Of a stretch of DNA of 64,000 nucleotides, positions 29,602 to 39,645 are shown piece after piece. The notes below the pieces were generated by a model, which saw only the letters and a list, made by a program, of their open reading frames with translations, had not been told where the DNA came from and made no database searches. The stretch spans positions 25,742 through 89,741 of the forward strand of contig VSIX01000032.1 of assembly GCA_008086245.1 (NCBI GenBank), given 5' to 3'. This DNA is from Candidatus Mcinerneyibacterium aminivorans. Lineage in GTDB: Bacteria > Macinerneyibacteriota > Macinerneyibacteria > Macinerneyibacteriales > Macinerneyibacteriaceae. Position numbers and translations under genes: made by a program. How positions within the stretch are numbered: the first letter of the stretch is position 1; each line of letters starts with the position of its first letter.

Positions 29602-30840
29602 ATGAATCTAAATATAGTTGGACTTATAATAGGTTTTTCATTAATTCTTTTATTAAATTCAAAAAAAATTAAACTGGATATGTGGATTTCAATTATAACA
29701 GGAACTACAGTTATCGGATTTTTTTCATTATCATATCATGAAATATTTAATGTATTTTTGGATTCAATTAAGGATACCTTAACCATCAAATTGTTTTTTA
29801 TCATATTATTAATAAGCGGGCTGGGATATCTGTTAAAAGAAACCGGTGATTTTGACCGGATGATAAAATCCCTGATTGAAATTATTAAAAATACAAGAGT
29901 TCTAACGATGGTCATTCCTGCTCTTATAGGGACTCTTTCCATACCGGGTGGAGCTATTTTGTCTGCTCCAATGATTGAAGAAAGCGGCGATAGAATAAAT
30001 TTAAAGGATTATAAAAAAACGACTGTAAATCTTTTTTACCGGCATATTTTCATATTTATTTATCCTCTTGTAGGTTCAATTATTTTAACAAGTGAATTAT
30101 TTAATGTTAGTAAATTTTATATTATTAAATACAATTTTCCAATGATGCTTGTAGGGTCCATTGTAGGTTATTTTGTATTTTTCAGTAAAGACAACACCCA
30201 GAAAAATAAGACAAAAAAGAAAAGTATAAAACTAAATAAAAATATTATTCAATTTGGTTTTAGTTTTCTACCAATTTTTATAATAATTTTCATGGCATTG
30301 ATTTTAAAAATTCCCTTTATAATTTCCATAATTGTTGGAGTAGTAATTGCTCTTGGAAAAAATATGAAAAAAGTTGAAAGAAAAATAAACCTGTATTTTA
30401 AACGCCTAAGAGATTTTGTTTTTAAAGGAATTAATTATAAAATGGGTATGTTAATTATTGGGATTATGTTTTTTAAATCTATGTTAAAAGAGACCGGTGC
30501 AGTTTCAGACATATCAATAATATTTAAGCAAACCCATTTGCCGCTTTTTGTTCTAATAATAATAATGGGATATATAACAGGCTATTTATCTGGAATGACA
30601 TCGGCTGGTCTGGGTATTTTAATACCTGTATTTAAACCTATGATCCCCCAATCCAATTTAGGACCGTTTATAGCACTGCTATATACATCTATTTTTATGG
30701 GATATTTGATATCCCCTCTCCATCTGTGTTTTGCTCTTACCAAGGAGTATTTTGAATCTAATTACAAACCTGTTTATAAGCTTATGATCATACCCACATT
30801 AGCGATTATTTTGACTGCAGTTGTGCAAATATTTCTGTAA
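29602..30840 (+). CDS. DUF401 family membrane protein (IT-superfamily transporter-like)
   Basis: PALIGTLSIPGGAILSAPM, N..YRH, GY.ISPLHLC...T.EYF. Confidence 0.8.
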   Translation: MNLNIVGLIIGFSLILLLNSKKIKLDMWISIITGTTVIGFFSLSYHEIFNVFLDSIKDTLTIKLFFIILLISGLGYLLKETGDFDRMIKSLIEIIKNTRVLTMVIPALIGTLSIPGGAILSAPMIEESGDRINLKDYKKTTVNLFYRHIFIFIYPLVGSIILTSELFNVSKFYIIKYNFPMMLVGSIVGYFVFFSKDNTQKNKTKKKSIKLNKNIIQFGFSFLPIFIIIFMALILKIPFIISIIVGVVIALGKNMKKVERKINLYFKRLRDFVFKGINYKMGMLIIGIMFFKSMLKETGAVSDISIIFKQTHLPLFVLIIIMGYITGYLSGMTSAGLGILIPVFKPMIPQSNLGPFIALLYTSIFMGYLISPLHLCFALTKEYFESNYKPVYKLMIIPTLAIILTAVVQIFL

Positions 30841-31002
30841 AAAATCCCAATATCTTAAAAAAATATTGATTACAGATATCTCTGATAAAAAAAATCCATA
30901 TGAATAATTAAATTAAAAAAATTGAAACAAAAACTTATTTTAAACTGTCAAATAATAAAGAAATGTTTGAACTAAAGTTGTTTTTTAAAAAAAGGGGATG
31001 AA

Positions 31003-31836
31003 ATGTTTGAGAAAATAAAAGGCTGGCAGAGTTCTTTGTACTATCTTTTGGTATATATATTTATCGGCGGAACTTTGACTTTTTTTGTAGGTAGTTTTAT
31101 TCTGAAACTTGCCGGATTAAATGATTTTATATTAGCAAGGTACTATATAATAAAATCTTTTGATTTAATTTTTGTTTTAATCTTAACATTCTTATTTGCA
31201 GGATATGTGAGCAAAGAAAAGTTTAGCGATCTTGGATTATGTAGAGATAGTGCAATTAAAAATTCTTTTCTGGGAGTGCTAGGTGGCTTTATTTTCATTT
31301 TTATTGTTTTTATCTTTTTTTGGGGATTTAATTATTTAGCTGTTCAGGAAGTATCACTGAATATTAAAGGACTATTTTTTGCATTTATTTTCTGGATGTA
31401 TGTTGCTATTATAGAAGAACTGGTTTATAGGGGATACATATTAAATAATTTGAGCAAATCATTTAATAAATATATATCAATTGTTATAGTTTCAATTTTA
31501 TTTTCCCTGGTTCATGCTTCAAATCCAAATACAACTATTCTGGGGTTTATTAATCTGTTTCTATTCGGATTTTTAGTAGGGCTTTATTATATTAACAAAA
31601 AAAGTCTCTGGTTTCCCATCTTTTTTCATTTTAGCTGGAATTTTTTCCAGGGTTCTTTTTTTGGAATGAATATAAGCGGATTAATGGGCTTTTCTTCCAT
31701 AATTGAAATAAATATGATATCAAAAAATAAATTTTTAACAGGAAGCAAATTTGGTGCTGAGGGAAGCATTCTTGTTACTGTACTATTAATAACATTTATT
31801 ATTGTAATGAAGACAATTTTTAAAAAAGAAAAATAA
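31003..31836 (+). CDS. CPBP (CAAX/Abi) family intramembrane metalloprotease
   Basis: EELVYRG, FSLVH..N, H..WN, FGAEGS. Confidence 0.9.
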   Translation: MFEKIKGWQSSLYYLLVYIFIGGTLTFFVGSFILKLAGLNDFILARYYIIKSFDLIFVLILTFLFAGYVSKEKFSDLGLCRDSAIKNSFLGVLGGFIFIFIVFIFFWGFNYLAVQEVSLNIKGLFFAFIFWMYVAIIEELVYRGYILNNLSKSFNKYISIVIVSILFSLVHASNPNTTILGFINLFLFGFLVGLYYINKKSLWFPIFFHFSWNFFQGSFFGMNISGLMGFSSIIEINMISKNKFLTGSKFGAEGSILVTVLLITFIIVMKTIFKKEK

Positions 31837-31900
31837 AAGTTTTGAATTTAAAAATTTTGATAAATAATATAGAATAAACTGGATGGTGAAAGGAGTTCAA

Positions 31901-33103
31901 ATGAAAATAAAAAAAATTATGGATACAAATAATCGTAAAAAATTCAAAAAGATGTTAAATTATGCTTTTGGGGAATGGAAAGATGAGAAAATTAAGGATG
32001 ATGAGCTTTCCTGGTTTGAGAATGCAGAAGTACTGGGAGTTTTTGAAAATAAAAAACTTGCCTCGGGGTTAGTGCTCCATGATTTTGAACAAATAATAAG
32101 GGGTTCAATTAAAAACATGGGAGGAATAGGAGGAGTAGCGACATATCCAGAATTTAGAAACAGAGGATTTGTTTCGTCTCTTATGAAAAAAGCTTTTGAT
32201 GTTATGAATGCAAATAAACAGTGTGTTAGTATGCTTCTTCCCTTTAAAGAAACCTTTTATGAAAAATATCAATATGTTTCTACAAACAACAATATGAGGG
32301 TAGAATTCGATCTTCAGAGTTTCAAGCATTATAAAAATATTGATCCTGAAGGTAAATGGAAAGAAATCCGTAAGGAGAGTAGAAAGGCGGAAAAAGACTT
32401 TTTAAAATTGATGGAAAAAGTTGCTCCTGATAAATATCATGGACTTATTCTATACAGTAGAAAAATAAAAGGGATATGGAAAAAAATGATGAAGAATAAC
32501 ATGTTTATATTTATTGAAAGGGATGGTGATATTGCCGCAGGGGCAAGATATACTAAAAAGGGATTTCAGGAAATGTTTGATACGGGAAAAATTGATGTCA
32601 AAGAGATGTACTGGGAAGATAGTGTTTCCAGGGGGATGCTTTTAAAATATTTTGCCAAGCATCTGGATCAAATAAAAAAAATCAAATTTTTACTTCCATA
32701 TGGTTTAAATTTTTATTCATGGGTAAAAAATAACATTAAGATAGATATATCTGTAGATGATGTACCGTGGATGGTAAGAATTATTGATGTAGAAAAAGCG
32801 CTTAAAAATATTCCTGCTAACGCTGAAGGAGAAGTAAATATTAAAATTGAAGACCCAAACTGCAGCTGGAATAGTAACGTATATAAAATTGAAGGCAATG
32901 GGAAAAAACTACTGATTGAAAAAACCGATGAAGATTATCATATAAATGCAGATATTCAAGCTATAACAGCACTGCTTTATGGTGCATATAATCTGGAGGA
33001 AGTGAAAAACAGGTTCAAGTTTGAGAGTCAAGATTCAAAAAAGGAAAAGATATTGAGATTGTGGTTTGAAAAAAGGTTTATTTTCAATACTTTTTATTTT
33101 TAA
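31901..33103 (+). CDS. Eis-like GNAT acetyltransferase with C-terminal SCP2 domain
   Basis: GGIGGVATYPEFRNRG, LLPF...FYEK, MVRIIDVEKAL. Confidence 0.85.
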   Translation: MKIKKIMDTNNRKKFKKMLNYAFGEWKDEKIKDDELSWFENAEVLGVFENKKLASGLVLHDFEQIIRGSIKNMGGIGGVATYPEFRNRGFVSSLMKKAFDVMNANKQCVSMLLPFKETFYEKYQYVSTNNNMRVEFDLQSFKHYKNIDPEGKWKEIRKESRKAEKDFLKLMEKVAPDKYHGLILYSRKIKGIWKKMMKNNMFIFIERDGDIAAGARYTKKGFQEMFDTGKIDVKEMYWEDSVSRGMLLKYFAKHLDQIKKIKFLLPYGLNFYSWVKNNIKIDISVDDVPWMVRIIDVEKALKNIPANAEGEVNIKIEDPNCSWNSNVYKIEGNGKKLLIEKTDEDYHINADIQAITALLYGAYNLEEVKNRFKFESQDSKKEKILRLWFEKRFIFNTFYF

Positions 33104-33116
33104 AGAGGAAGTTAAT

Positions 33117-33917
33117 GTGATTCGTAAATTAACACAAAAAGACAATAAAAAATTAATGAGATATGTTTTGAAGGAACCAGAAATTAATCTTTTTATAATA
33201 GGTGATATCGAAAATTATGGTTATGAGAGTGATTTCCAAACAATCTGGGGAGAGTTTGATAGTAATAATAATTTTAAAGCCGTTTTTGTTAAATTCTATA
33301 GTTTTTTTATTGTTTATTCGGCAGAAAATAATTTTGCCCAAGAAGAAGTAGCAGCAATAATATGTGAATATAATTATGAGGCAGTTTCGGGAAAATTAGA
33401 ACTAATGGAGGATTTAAAACCATATTTTAAAAATGCTGAAATAAATAGTGATTACTTTGCGAAACTTGATTCTCCAAAATATTTAAAACTTTAAAAACCC
33501 CAAAATACAGAAATAATAAAAATTACAGAAGATAACCTGCTGAAGGGAGAAAAAAATCAATTCAATTTATTTAAACATGTTGATGAGTTTAACGATTCTG
33601 AATCTTCAAGAAAAGCATTTAAAAATGAAATTAAATCAAATACAAAAAGGGTATATCAATTAAAATATAAAAATAATATTGTAGCCACAGTTTCATCAGC
33701 AGCTGAAAATTCCAAATCTGCTATGATAGTAGGTGTGGCAACTCATCCCGGTTATAGAAATAGAGGATTTGCAACCTATCTTCTAAGTAAATTAAGTAAA
33801 GACCTACTTGATGAAGGAAAAACATTATGCCTATTCTATGATAATCCCGATGCCGGATCTATATATAGAAGGCTTGGATTTGAAAATATCGGGAGATGGG
33901 GGATGTTGAGCAAATAA
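33117..33917 (+). pseudogene. GNAT acetyltransferase interrupted by an in-frame TAA at 33492-33494
   Basis: ORFs 33066-33494 and 33723-33917 share a frame and are separated only by this stop. NLFIIGDIENYG...AENSKSAMIVGVATHPGYRNRG...LCLFYDNP.AG.IY.RLGF. Confidence 0.85.
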
Positions 33918-33939
33918 ATTGTGAGATTTATTTGCTCAA
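33906..33939 (+). terminator. Perfect hairpin overlapping the stop codon; possible terminator
   Basis: TTGAGCAAATAAAT-TGTGAG-ATTTATTTGCTCAA (14-bp stem). Confidence 0.55.
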
Positions 33940-33988
33940 AATTAAAAATTAAGAATTAAGAATTAAAAATTAAGAATTAAGCATTAAA
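33940..33988. repeat. Heptanucleotide tandem repeat (AATTAAR)x7
   Basis: AATTAAA AATTAAG AATTAAG AATTAAA AATTAAG AATTAAG CATTAAA. Confidence 0.85.
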
Positions 33989-34137
33989 AAATTTATTAAT
34001 AAAAGATTTCCAATTAGATATTAGGTTTTAGTATTTTTTAAAAATTCTCTTTAATTAAGTTTATTTCTGAGTTTTTTTATTGACTTTATAATTATATTTC
34101 GTAAAAATAAACTTACATAATAGTAAGGGGAGGAAAA

Positions 34138-35355
34138 ATGGATAAAAAATATTCTATAAATGAATTTTTTTCCAATTTGATCGATTTTACCTCGGGCTGT
34201 ACAGAACCTGCAGCAATTGCTTATAATGCCAGTATAGCAGGAGATTATCTAAAAAATAAAGTAAATAAATGTGTAGTGAAAATTGATAGTTTAACTTATA
34301 AAAATGCCTACCTTGTGGGAATACCGAATGCTAAAGGATACAAAGGAAGTAAATGGGCATATTTATTTGGTTATCTAATTGCAGAACCGTCTCTTAAGCT
34401 GGAAATATTCAAAGAAATGAAAAAAGAAAAAATAGAAAAAGCTGAAAAATTCCTTGAAGAAGTTGATTTTAATATTGAAATAGTTGAAAAACCTTATTTA
34501 TATATTGAAACAGAGGCAGAAAGTCCTGATAACAGGATATCAGTAGTAACGACAAAAGAACATACTAATATAAAGGTATACATTAATGAGGAAATTGATA
34601 GAAGAAAACCGATTGAAAAAGAAGAAGTAGAATTACAGTATCCTGCTGAATGGTTTGATCATGATAACTGGGAGGATTTGGTAGAGAGGATTTATTCCAG
34701 CAACAATGATGCTATAAAAAAATTCAAAACGGGAATTAATTATAATTTAGAGGCTGCAGAAAAAGGTGATAAATATATTAATTTTACAGAAGATTATGGA
34801 GTTGCAGGTGCTGTATATTCAAGAATGAATGGAGATGATATTCCGGTTATGAGCTGTGCCAAATCGGGGAATAAAGGTTTGACAAGTGTAATTCCTGTAG
34901 TAAAAAAAGCTCAAAAACTTAAAGTTTCTGAAGCCAAAAAGGTAAAGTCAGCAATATTATCCTGTTTTATTGCAGGAATAATATCTGAAAAATTTGGGAC
35001 CGTTTCCTCTATATGCGGCTGCGTTTATGCGGCTGCCGTTGGAGTTATTGCAGGAAGCCTCTATCTCGAGAATAAACTCGACCTATTTTTTGATTCGTTT
35101 CAAAATTATATTTCCTCTACGGCGGGGGTTTTCTGCGATGGGGCTAAAGGAAGCTGTGCAATGAAAACTTCTAATTCGGTACTGTTTGCAGACAAGGCAA
35201 TTAGTTTTGCCAAAAATGGATTTGTAGTTTCCTTCGAGGATGGATATCTTGGGAATAGTTTTGTAGATACTCTTGAAAATTTAAAATCTTATAATAAATA
35301 CTTTAAAAAATTTGATAAAAAAACAATTCAAATTTTAAATAATAAGAAACTGTAA
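34138..35355 (+). CDS. L-cysteine desulfidase / serine dehydratase-alpha-like protein (YhaM/CdsB, UPF0597 family)
   Basis: GCTEPAAIA, KNA..VGIP, RM.G...PVMS...SGNKG, SICGC, G.FCDGAK.SCAMK. Confidence 0.85.
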   Translation: MDKKYSINEFFSNLIDFTSGCTEPAAIAYNASIAGDYLKNKVNKCVVKIDSLTYKNAYLVGIPNAKGYKGSKWAYLFGYLIAEPSLKLEIFKEMKKEKIEKAEKFLEEVDFNIEIVEKPYLYIETEAESPDNRISVVTTKEHTNIKVYINEEIDRRKPIEKEEVELQYPAEWFDHDNWEDLVERIYSSNNDAIKKFKTGINYNLEAAEKGDKYINFTEDYGVAGAVYSRMNGDDIPVMSCAKSGNKGLTSVIPVVKKAQKLKVSEAKKVKSAILSCFIAGIISEKFGTVSSICGCVYAAAVGVIAGSLYLENKLDLFFDSFQNYISSTAGVFCDGAKGSCAMKTSNSVLFADKAISFAKNGFVVSFEDGYLGNSFVDTLENLKSYNKYFKKFDKKTIQILNNKKL

Positions 35356-35369
35356 AGTAAAGGTTTTTT

Positions 35370-36101
35370 ATGATAAACGACATTAAAGATGCTTTTGGGC
35401 ATTATTTTATGGATATATATAAAGAGAGAGATGTTTACGGACTGGTTATAGAAAGAGATGATGGTTATATTGATGTTGACACCTATGATTATTTTGCTGG
35501 TTATCAATTTTGGCCAAAAAGACAGAAAAAAATTATAAAATACATAAAGGGAAAAGTTCTGGATATTGGATGCGGACCTGGAAGCCATTTGCTTGAATTA
35601 AAGGATAGAAATTACGATGTAGCAGGTATAGACACCTCCCAGTTATCTGTTCAAATTTGCAAAAAAAGAGGATTGAAAAATATTTATCCAGTAGCTTTAA
35701 ACTCACTGGACTCTAAAATAGGTATATTTGATACTTTTCTCATGCTGGGTAATAACTTTGGTTTAATGAAAAATGAGAAAAAGGCAAGGGAATATTTAAA
35801 AAAATTATCCAAGGTTTCAAATCCCGAAGCTGTAATAATTGCGGAAACTATGGATCCATATAAAACTACAAACAAATTTCATAAAAGGTATCATAAAAAA
35901 AATAGAGAAAATGGTCGTTTAGCTGGACAGTTAAGAGTCAGGGCAAGATATAAAATATATAAGACTAACTGGATGGAATATTTACTTGTAAGCAAAGGGG
36001 AAATGAAGAAAATAATTAAAAACACAGACTGGAAAATTGATAGGTTTATTAATTCCATTGTAGGACCCGGATATATTGCAGTATTAAAGAAAAAAAAATA
36101 A
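35370..36101 (+). CDS. Class I SAM-dependent methyltransferase
   Basis: IERDDG, VLDIGCGPG, FDT.LMLGNNFG. Confidence 0.88.
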   Translation: MINDIKDAFGHYFMDIYKERDVYGLVIERDDGYIDVDTYDYFAGYQFWPKRQKKIIKYIKGKVLDIGCGPGSHLLELKDRNYDVAGIDTSQLSVQICKKRGLKNIYPVALNSLDSKIGIFDTFLMLGNNFGLMKNEKKAREYLKKLSKVSNPEAVIIAETMDPYKTTNKFHKRYHKKNRENGRLAGQLRVRARYKIYKTNWMEYLLVSKGEMKKIIKNTDWKIDRFINSIVGPGYIAVLKKKK

Positions 36102-36147
36102 TTAGGAAGTTTTTATTATAAGATAAAGGTTTTATGCGATAATTGTG

Positions 36148-36175
36148 TTGACATAATCATCTAAATACTTATACT
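36148..36175 (+). promoter_or_regulatory. sigma70/sigmaA promoter upstream of the tRNA
   Basis: TTGACA-16 nt-TATACT. Confidence 0.7.
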
Positions 36176-36195
36176 TTTTATGTCAAAATTTATTT

Positions 36196-36269
36196 GCGTC
36201 TGTAGCTCAGTTGGAGAGAGCACTGGTTTCCTAAACCAGGGGGCGGAGGTTCAAATCCTCCCAGACGTG
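36196..36269 (+). tRNA. tRNA-Arg (anticodon CCT); CCA not encoded
   Basis: Cloverleaf: acceptor GCGTCTG/CAGACGT, D-stem GCTC/GAGC, anticodon arm CTGGT-TTCCTAA-ACCAG, T-arm GGAGG-TTCAAAT-CCTCC. Confidence 0.95.
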
Positions 36270-36291
36270 TAAGTAATATAGGGAGGTTTCT

Positions 36292-36939
36292 ATGAAATCA
36301 GATGAGAGACATAGGTTAAAAGAAAATCCTGTAATGAAATATGTAAGTAAAGCAGTTCAATGGGCAATACCCCATGCAGGTAAAATTGTAACTGGAGTTA
36401 TTATTATATTATTGATTATTATGGGCAGCTGGTATTATAATTATAAACAACAGCAGAAAAACGAAAAGGCCGGAATCGAAATATCAAGAACAATGGAAGA
36501 TTTAGGTATTGAAAGGGTCGAAGAAGTTAAAGAGGAAAAAATAACACTACTAGGGGATTTGGTTAATAATTTCAAGAGTACAAAAAATGGAGCAGTACTT
36601 TCATATAAGCTTGGAAAGTATTACTACGAAAAAGATGAATATGAAAAAGCGAAAAATTATTTGAATATCGCAAAAGATAATCTTGAGGATAATGATTATA
36701 TCAAACATATGCTAGCAAATCTGCTGATTGAGCAGCAAAAATACTCTGATGCATTAACCGTTTTACAGAGTATAAACAAAAAATATGAGCTTTATGATAA
36801 TATTCTATATTTGATATATATAAGCGCAGAAAAAACAGATAAAGAAAAAATAGTTTCTAATGTAAAGAGAGAATTTGAAAAAGAAAAATATAACAATTCA
36901 AAGTATTACAGTATGATAAAAATTAGGGAGGCATTATGA
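36292..36939 (+). CDS. YfgM-like single-TM tetratricopeptide repeat protein
   Basis: 'ERHRLKEN' N-terminus, one TM, TPR-like helices. Confidence 0.7.
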   Translation: MKSDERHRLKENPVMKYVSKAVQWAIPHAGKIVTGVIIILLIIMGSWYYNYKQQQKNEKAGIEISRTMEDLGIERVEEVKEEKITLLGDLVNNFKSTKNGAVLSYKLGKYYYEKDEYEKAKNYLNIAKDNLEDNDYIKHMLANLLIEQQKYSDALTVLQSINKKYELYDNILYLIYISAEKTDKEKIVSNVKREFEKEKYNNSKYYSMIKIREAL

Positions 36940-38690
36940 AAAAATTATTATCCGGAAATGAAGCTGTAGCAAGAGGATTTTATGAAGCAGGAGGACATGT
37001 AGCAACTGCTTATCCGGGAACTCCAAGTACTGAAATACTGGAAAACATGCCTCAATACGGGGAAGATGTTTACAGTCAATGGTCTCCTAATGAGAAAGTA
37101 GCTCTGGAAGTAGGTATTGGTTCATCATTTGGAGGAGCCAGAACATTAGTAGCCATGAAGCATGTTGGTGTAAATGTTGCAGCGGATCCTCTTCTTACTT
37201 TAACATATTCCGGTGTAAAAGGGGGATTTGTTCTAGTATCCTCCGATGATCCTGGTATGCATTCATCACAAAATGAACAGGATAATAGATTTTATGCAAA
37301 ATTTGCTAAAATGCCTCTTTTGGAACCTTCTGATTCCCAGGAAGCTAAAGATTTTGTAGCCAGAGCTTTAAAAATCAGTGAGGAATATGACACACCTGTT
37401 ATGCTCAGATTAACAACGAGAATATCCCACACAAAAACTCTTGTTGAATTAAAAGAAAGGGAGGAACACAACGATCTTCTGGGATTTGAAAAAAATCCAC
37501 CAAAATATGTTATGGTACCTGCAAACGGGCGTAAACGACATCCAATAGTTGAAGAAAGAACAAAAAAATTAAAAGATTTAGCAGAAAATATTGACATAAA
37601 TAAAGCAGAATATAATGATAAAAGTATTGGTATAATAACAAGCAGTATAGCTTATCAATATGTTAAGGAAGTTTTCCCTGAAGCATCCGTATTAAAACTT
37701 GGGATGGCTTTTCCTTTTCCAATAAATAAAGTTAAAGAATTTGCCGAAAAAGTAGAAAAACTTTATGTAGTAGAGGAACTGGAGCCTTTTATGGAAGAGA
37801 TGATCAAAGCAGAGGGCATTGAAGTTACAGGTAAAGATATTATACCAAGATGCGGGGAATTAAATCCTAAGATAATAAAAAATGCTGTAAATAAAAATAA
37901 AAATGAGATAAAAGAAAATAAGTTTGAAGATGTTAAAACACCAATTAGGCCTCCGGTATTATGCCCCGGATGCCCCCACAGAGGTGTTTTCTATACCTTA
38001 AATAAGCTAAATACAGTTGTCACAGGAGATATTGGATGCTATACCCTTGGTGTTCAGAAACCTCTTGATGCTATGGATTCTACCATTGCAATGGGGGCTT
38101 CAATTGGAGTTAATATAGGACTTGAAAAAGCTCTTGGAAAGGAATTTTCAAGAAAATCTGTAGCTGTTATTGGTGATTCAACTTTCTTGCATTCTGGAAC
38201 TACAGGACTAATGGATGCTGTTTATAATAAGGGGACCAATACAATAATAATACTGGATAATAGGATTACGGCAATGACAGGAAGACAGGACAATCCATCA
38301 ACGGGTTATACTCTTATGGAGGAAGAAACAAAAGAGGTTGATTTCGAGAAACTTGCAAAAGCAATTGGAGTTGAACGGGTTAAAATTGTTGACTCCTATG
38401 ATTTAAATGAATTAAAAGAGGTAATTTCAAATGAGATAGATAAAGAGGAAGTATCAGTTATAATTACAAAAAGACCGTGTATGTTAATTAGAAGAAGAGA
38501 GTATGATATTAAAACATATAGAGTAGATGAAGATAAATGTATCAATTGTGGACTGTGTTTAAAAGTTGGCTGTCCTGCAGTTATTAAAAATGATGATGAA
38601 ACAAAGGCAAAAATCGTTGAAAGTATGTGTACAGGTTGCTCCGTATGTGCACAGGTTTGTCCACAAGATGCAATTAAATTGGTTAAGTAG
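36936..38690 (+). CDS. iorA: Indolepyruvate:ferredoxin oxidoreductase subunit alpha
   Basis: GNEAVARG, YPGTPSTE, MKHVGVNVAAD, SSQNEQD, CPGCPH, GDIGCY, GDSTF.H, C-terminal 2x[4Fe-4S]. Confidence 0.96.
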   Translation: MKKLLSGNEAVARGFYEAGGHVATAYPGTPSTEILENMPQYGEDVYSQWSPNEKVALEVGIGSSFGGARTLVAMKHVGVNVAADPLLTLTYSGVKGGFVLVSSDDPGMHSSQNEQDNRFYAKFAKMPLLEPSDSQEAKDFVARALKISEEYDTPVMLRLTTRISHTKTLVELKEREEHNDLLGFEKNPPKYVMVPANGRKRHPIVEERTKKLKDLAENIDINKAEYNDKSIGIITSSIAYQYVKEVFPEASVLKLGMAFPFPINKVKEFAEKVEKLYVVEELEPFMEEMIKAEGIEVTGKDIIPRCGELNPKIIKNAVNKNKNEIKENKFEDVKTPIRPPVLCPGCPHRGVFYTLNKLNTVVTGDIGCYTLGVQKPLDAMDSTIAMGASIGVNIGLEKALGKEFSRKSVAVIGDSTFLHSGTTGLMDAVYNKGTNTIIILDNRITAMTGRQDNPSTGYTLMEEETKEVDFEKLAKAIGVERVKIVDSYDLNELKEVISNEIDKEEVSVIITKRPCMLIRRREYDIKTYRVDEDKCINCGLCLKVGCPAVIKNDDETKAKIVESMCTGCSVCAQVCPQDAIKLVK

Positions 38691-38701
38691 GAGGAACAGA
38701 T

Positions 38702-39283
38702 ATGTCTGAGGTAAAAAGTATATTATTGACCGGTGTTGGAGGGCAGGGAGTTTTAACTGCCAGCGAAATTTTATCAGATGCTTTAATAGATGAGGGTTAT
38801 GATGTTAAAAAAGCAGAAGTGCATGGAATGAGTCAGAGAGGTGGAAGTGTAAATTCCCATCTGAGGTATGGAGAAAAAGTCTATTCTCCTTTAATTGAAG
38901 AAGGATCTGCTGATCTTATCTTTTCCTTTGAAGTTCTGGAGACAATAAGATTTTCAAAATTTTTAAAAGAAAACGGAAAGCTCGTTGTAAATAACATGAA
39001 AATAATTCCTAACTCGGTTTATTTTTCTGATGTTAAATATCCCAAGAATCCGGATAAAATATTAAAAGAAGTGTTTAAGGATAATATTTATTTATTTGAT
39101 GCATTTAAGATAGCTAAGGATATAGGAAATGCTAAATTTGCTAATGTGGTAATGCTGGGTGCCATCTCAAAAATCATGGGCATTTCTGATAGGAGCATGG
39201 AAAAAGCAATAGAAAACAGGGTGCCTCCTAAAACCATAGAGGGAAATTTAAAAGCTTTTAGACAGGGGAAGGAGCTTGTTTAA
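38702..39283 (+). CDS. iorB: Indolepyruvate:ferredoxin oxidoreductase subunit beta
   Basis: GVGGQG, EVHGMSQRGGSV, NVVMLGA. Confidence 0.95.
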   Translation: MSEVKSILLTGVGGQGVLTASEILSDALIDEGYDVKKAEVHGMSQRGGSVNSHLRYGEKVYSPLIEEGSADLIFSFEVLETIRFSKFLKENGKLVVNNMKIIPNSVYFSDVKYPKNPDKILKEVFKDNIYLFDAFKIAKDIGNAKFANVVMLGAISKIMGISDRSMEKAIENRVPPKTIEGNLKAFRQGKELV

Positions 39284-39288
39284 AGCTA

Positions 39289-39645
39289 ATGAATAAGAAA
39301 GATTATTACTTGTATAATACCAAAGATATTGAAAATGCAGGATGGTGGTGGGGGTTTTTAAGCTATGGATTAATTTTTTCATTTATTCCCTTTTTAATTT
39401 ATTCAAACAAAAACAAATTTATATATCATCATTCAAAGCAGGGGGTTATGCAGTTTTTGTTTTTTGCCGCTGGCTTCATGCTGCTGTATATTCCAAAAGT
39501 TGGTGAACTATTTTTACTTGCCTACTTTCTTTTACATTTTTCAATATCCTTTATAGGTATTATACTTTATATAAAAAAAGAGATTTATGAGTTTCCAATT
39601 ATTGGATTAATCTCCAGAATGATAAAAATATCTTCATATGATTAA
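39289..39645 (+). CDS. DUF4870-like small membrane protein
   Basis: LSY...IPF.....KF..HHSKQG...; PIIG. Confidence 0.6.
   Translation: MNKKDYYLYNTKDIENAGWWWGFLSYGLIFSFIPFLIYSNKNKFIYHHSKQGVMQFLFFAAGFMLLYIPKVGELFLLAYFLLHFSISFIGIILYIKKEIYEFPIIGLISRMIKISSYD

Noticed and set aside
33492-33494. Stop-codon reassignment or programmed readthrough
   Set aside because: TAA terminates most genes here and this is an isolated case.
36196-36290. tRNA-Arg as an integration site for a mobile element
   Set aside because: I saw no duplicated tRNA 3' end and no integrase in the window; housekeeping genes follow directly.
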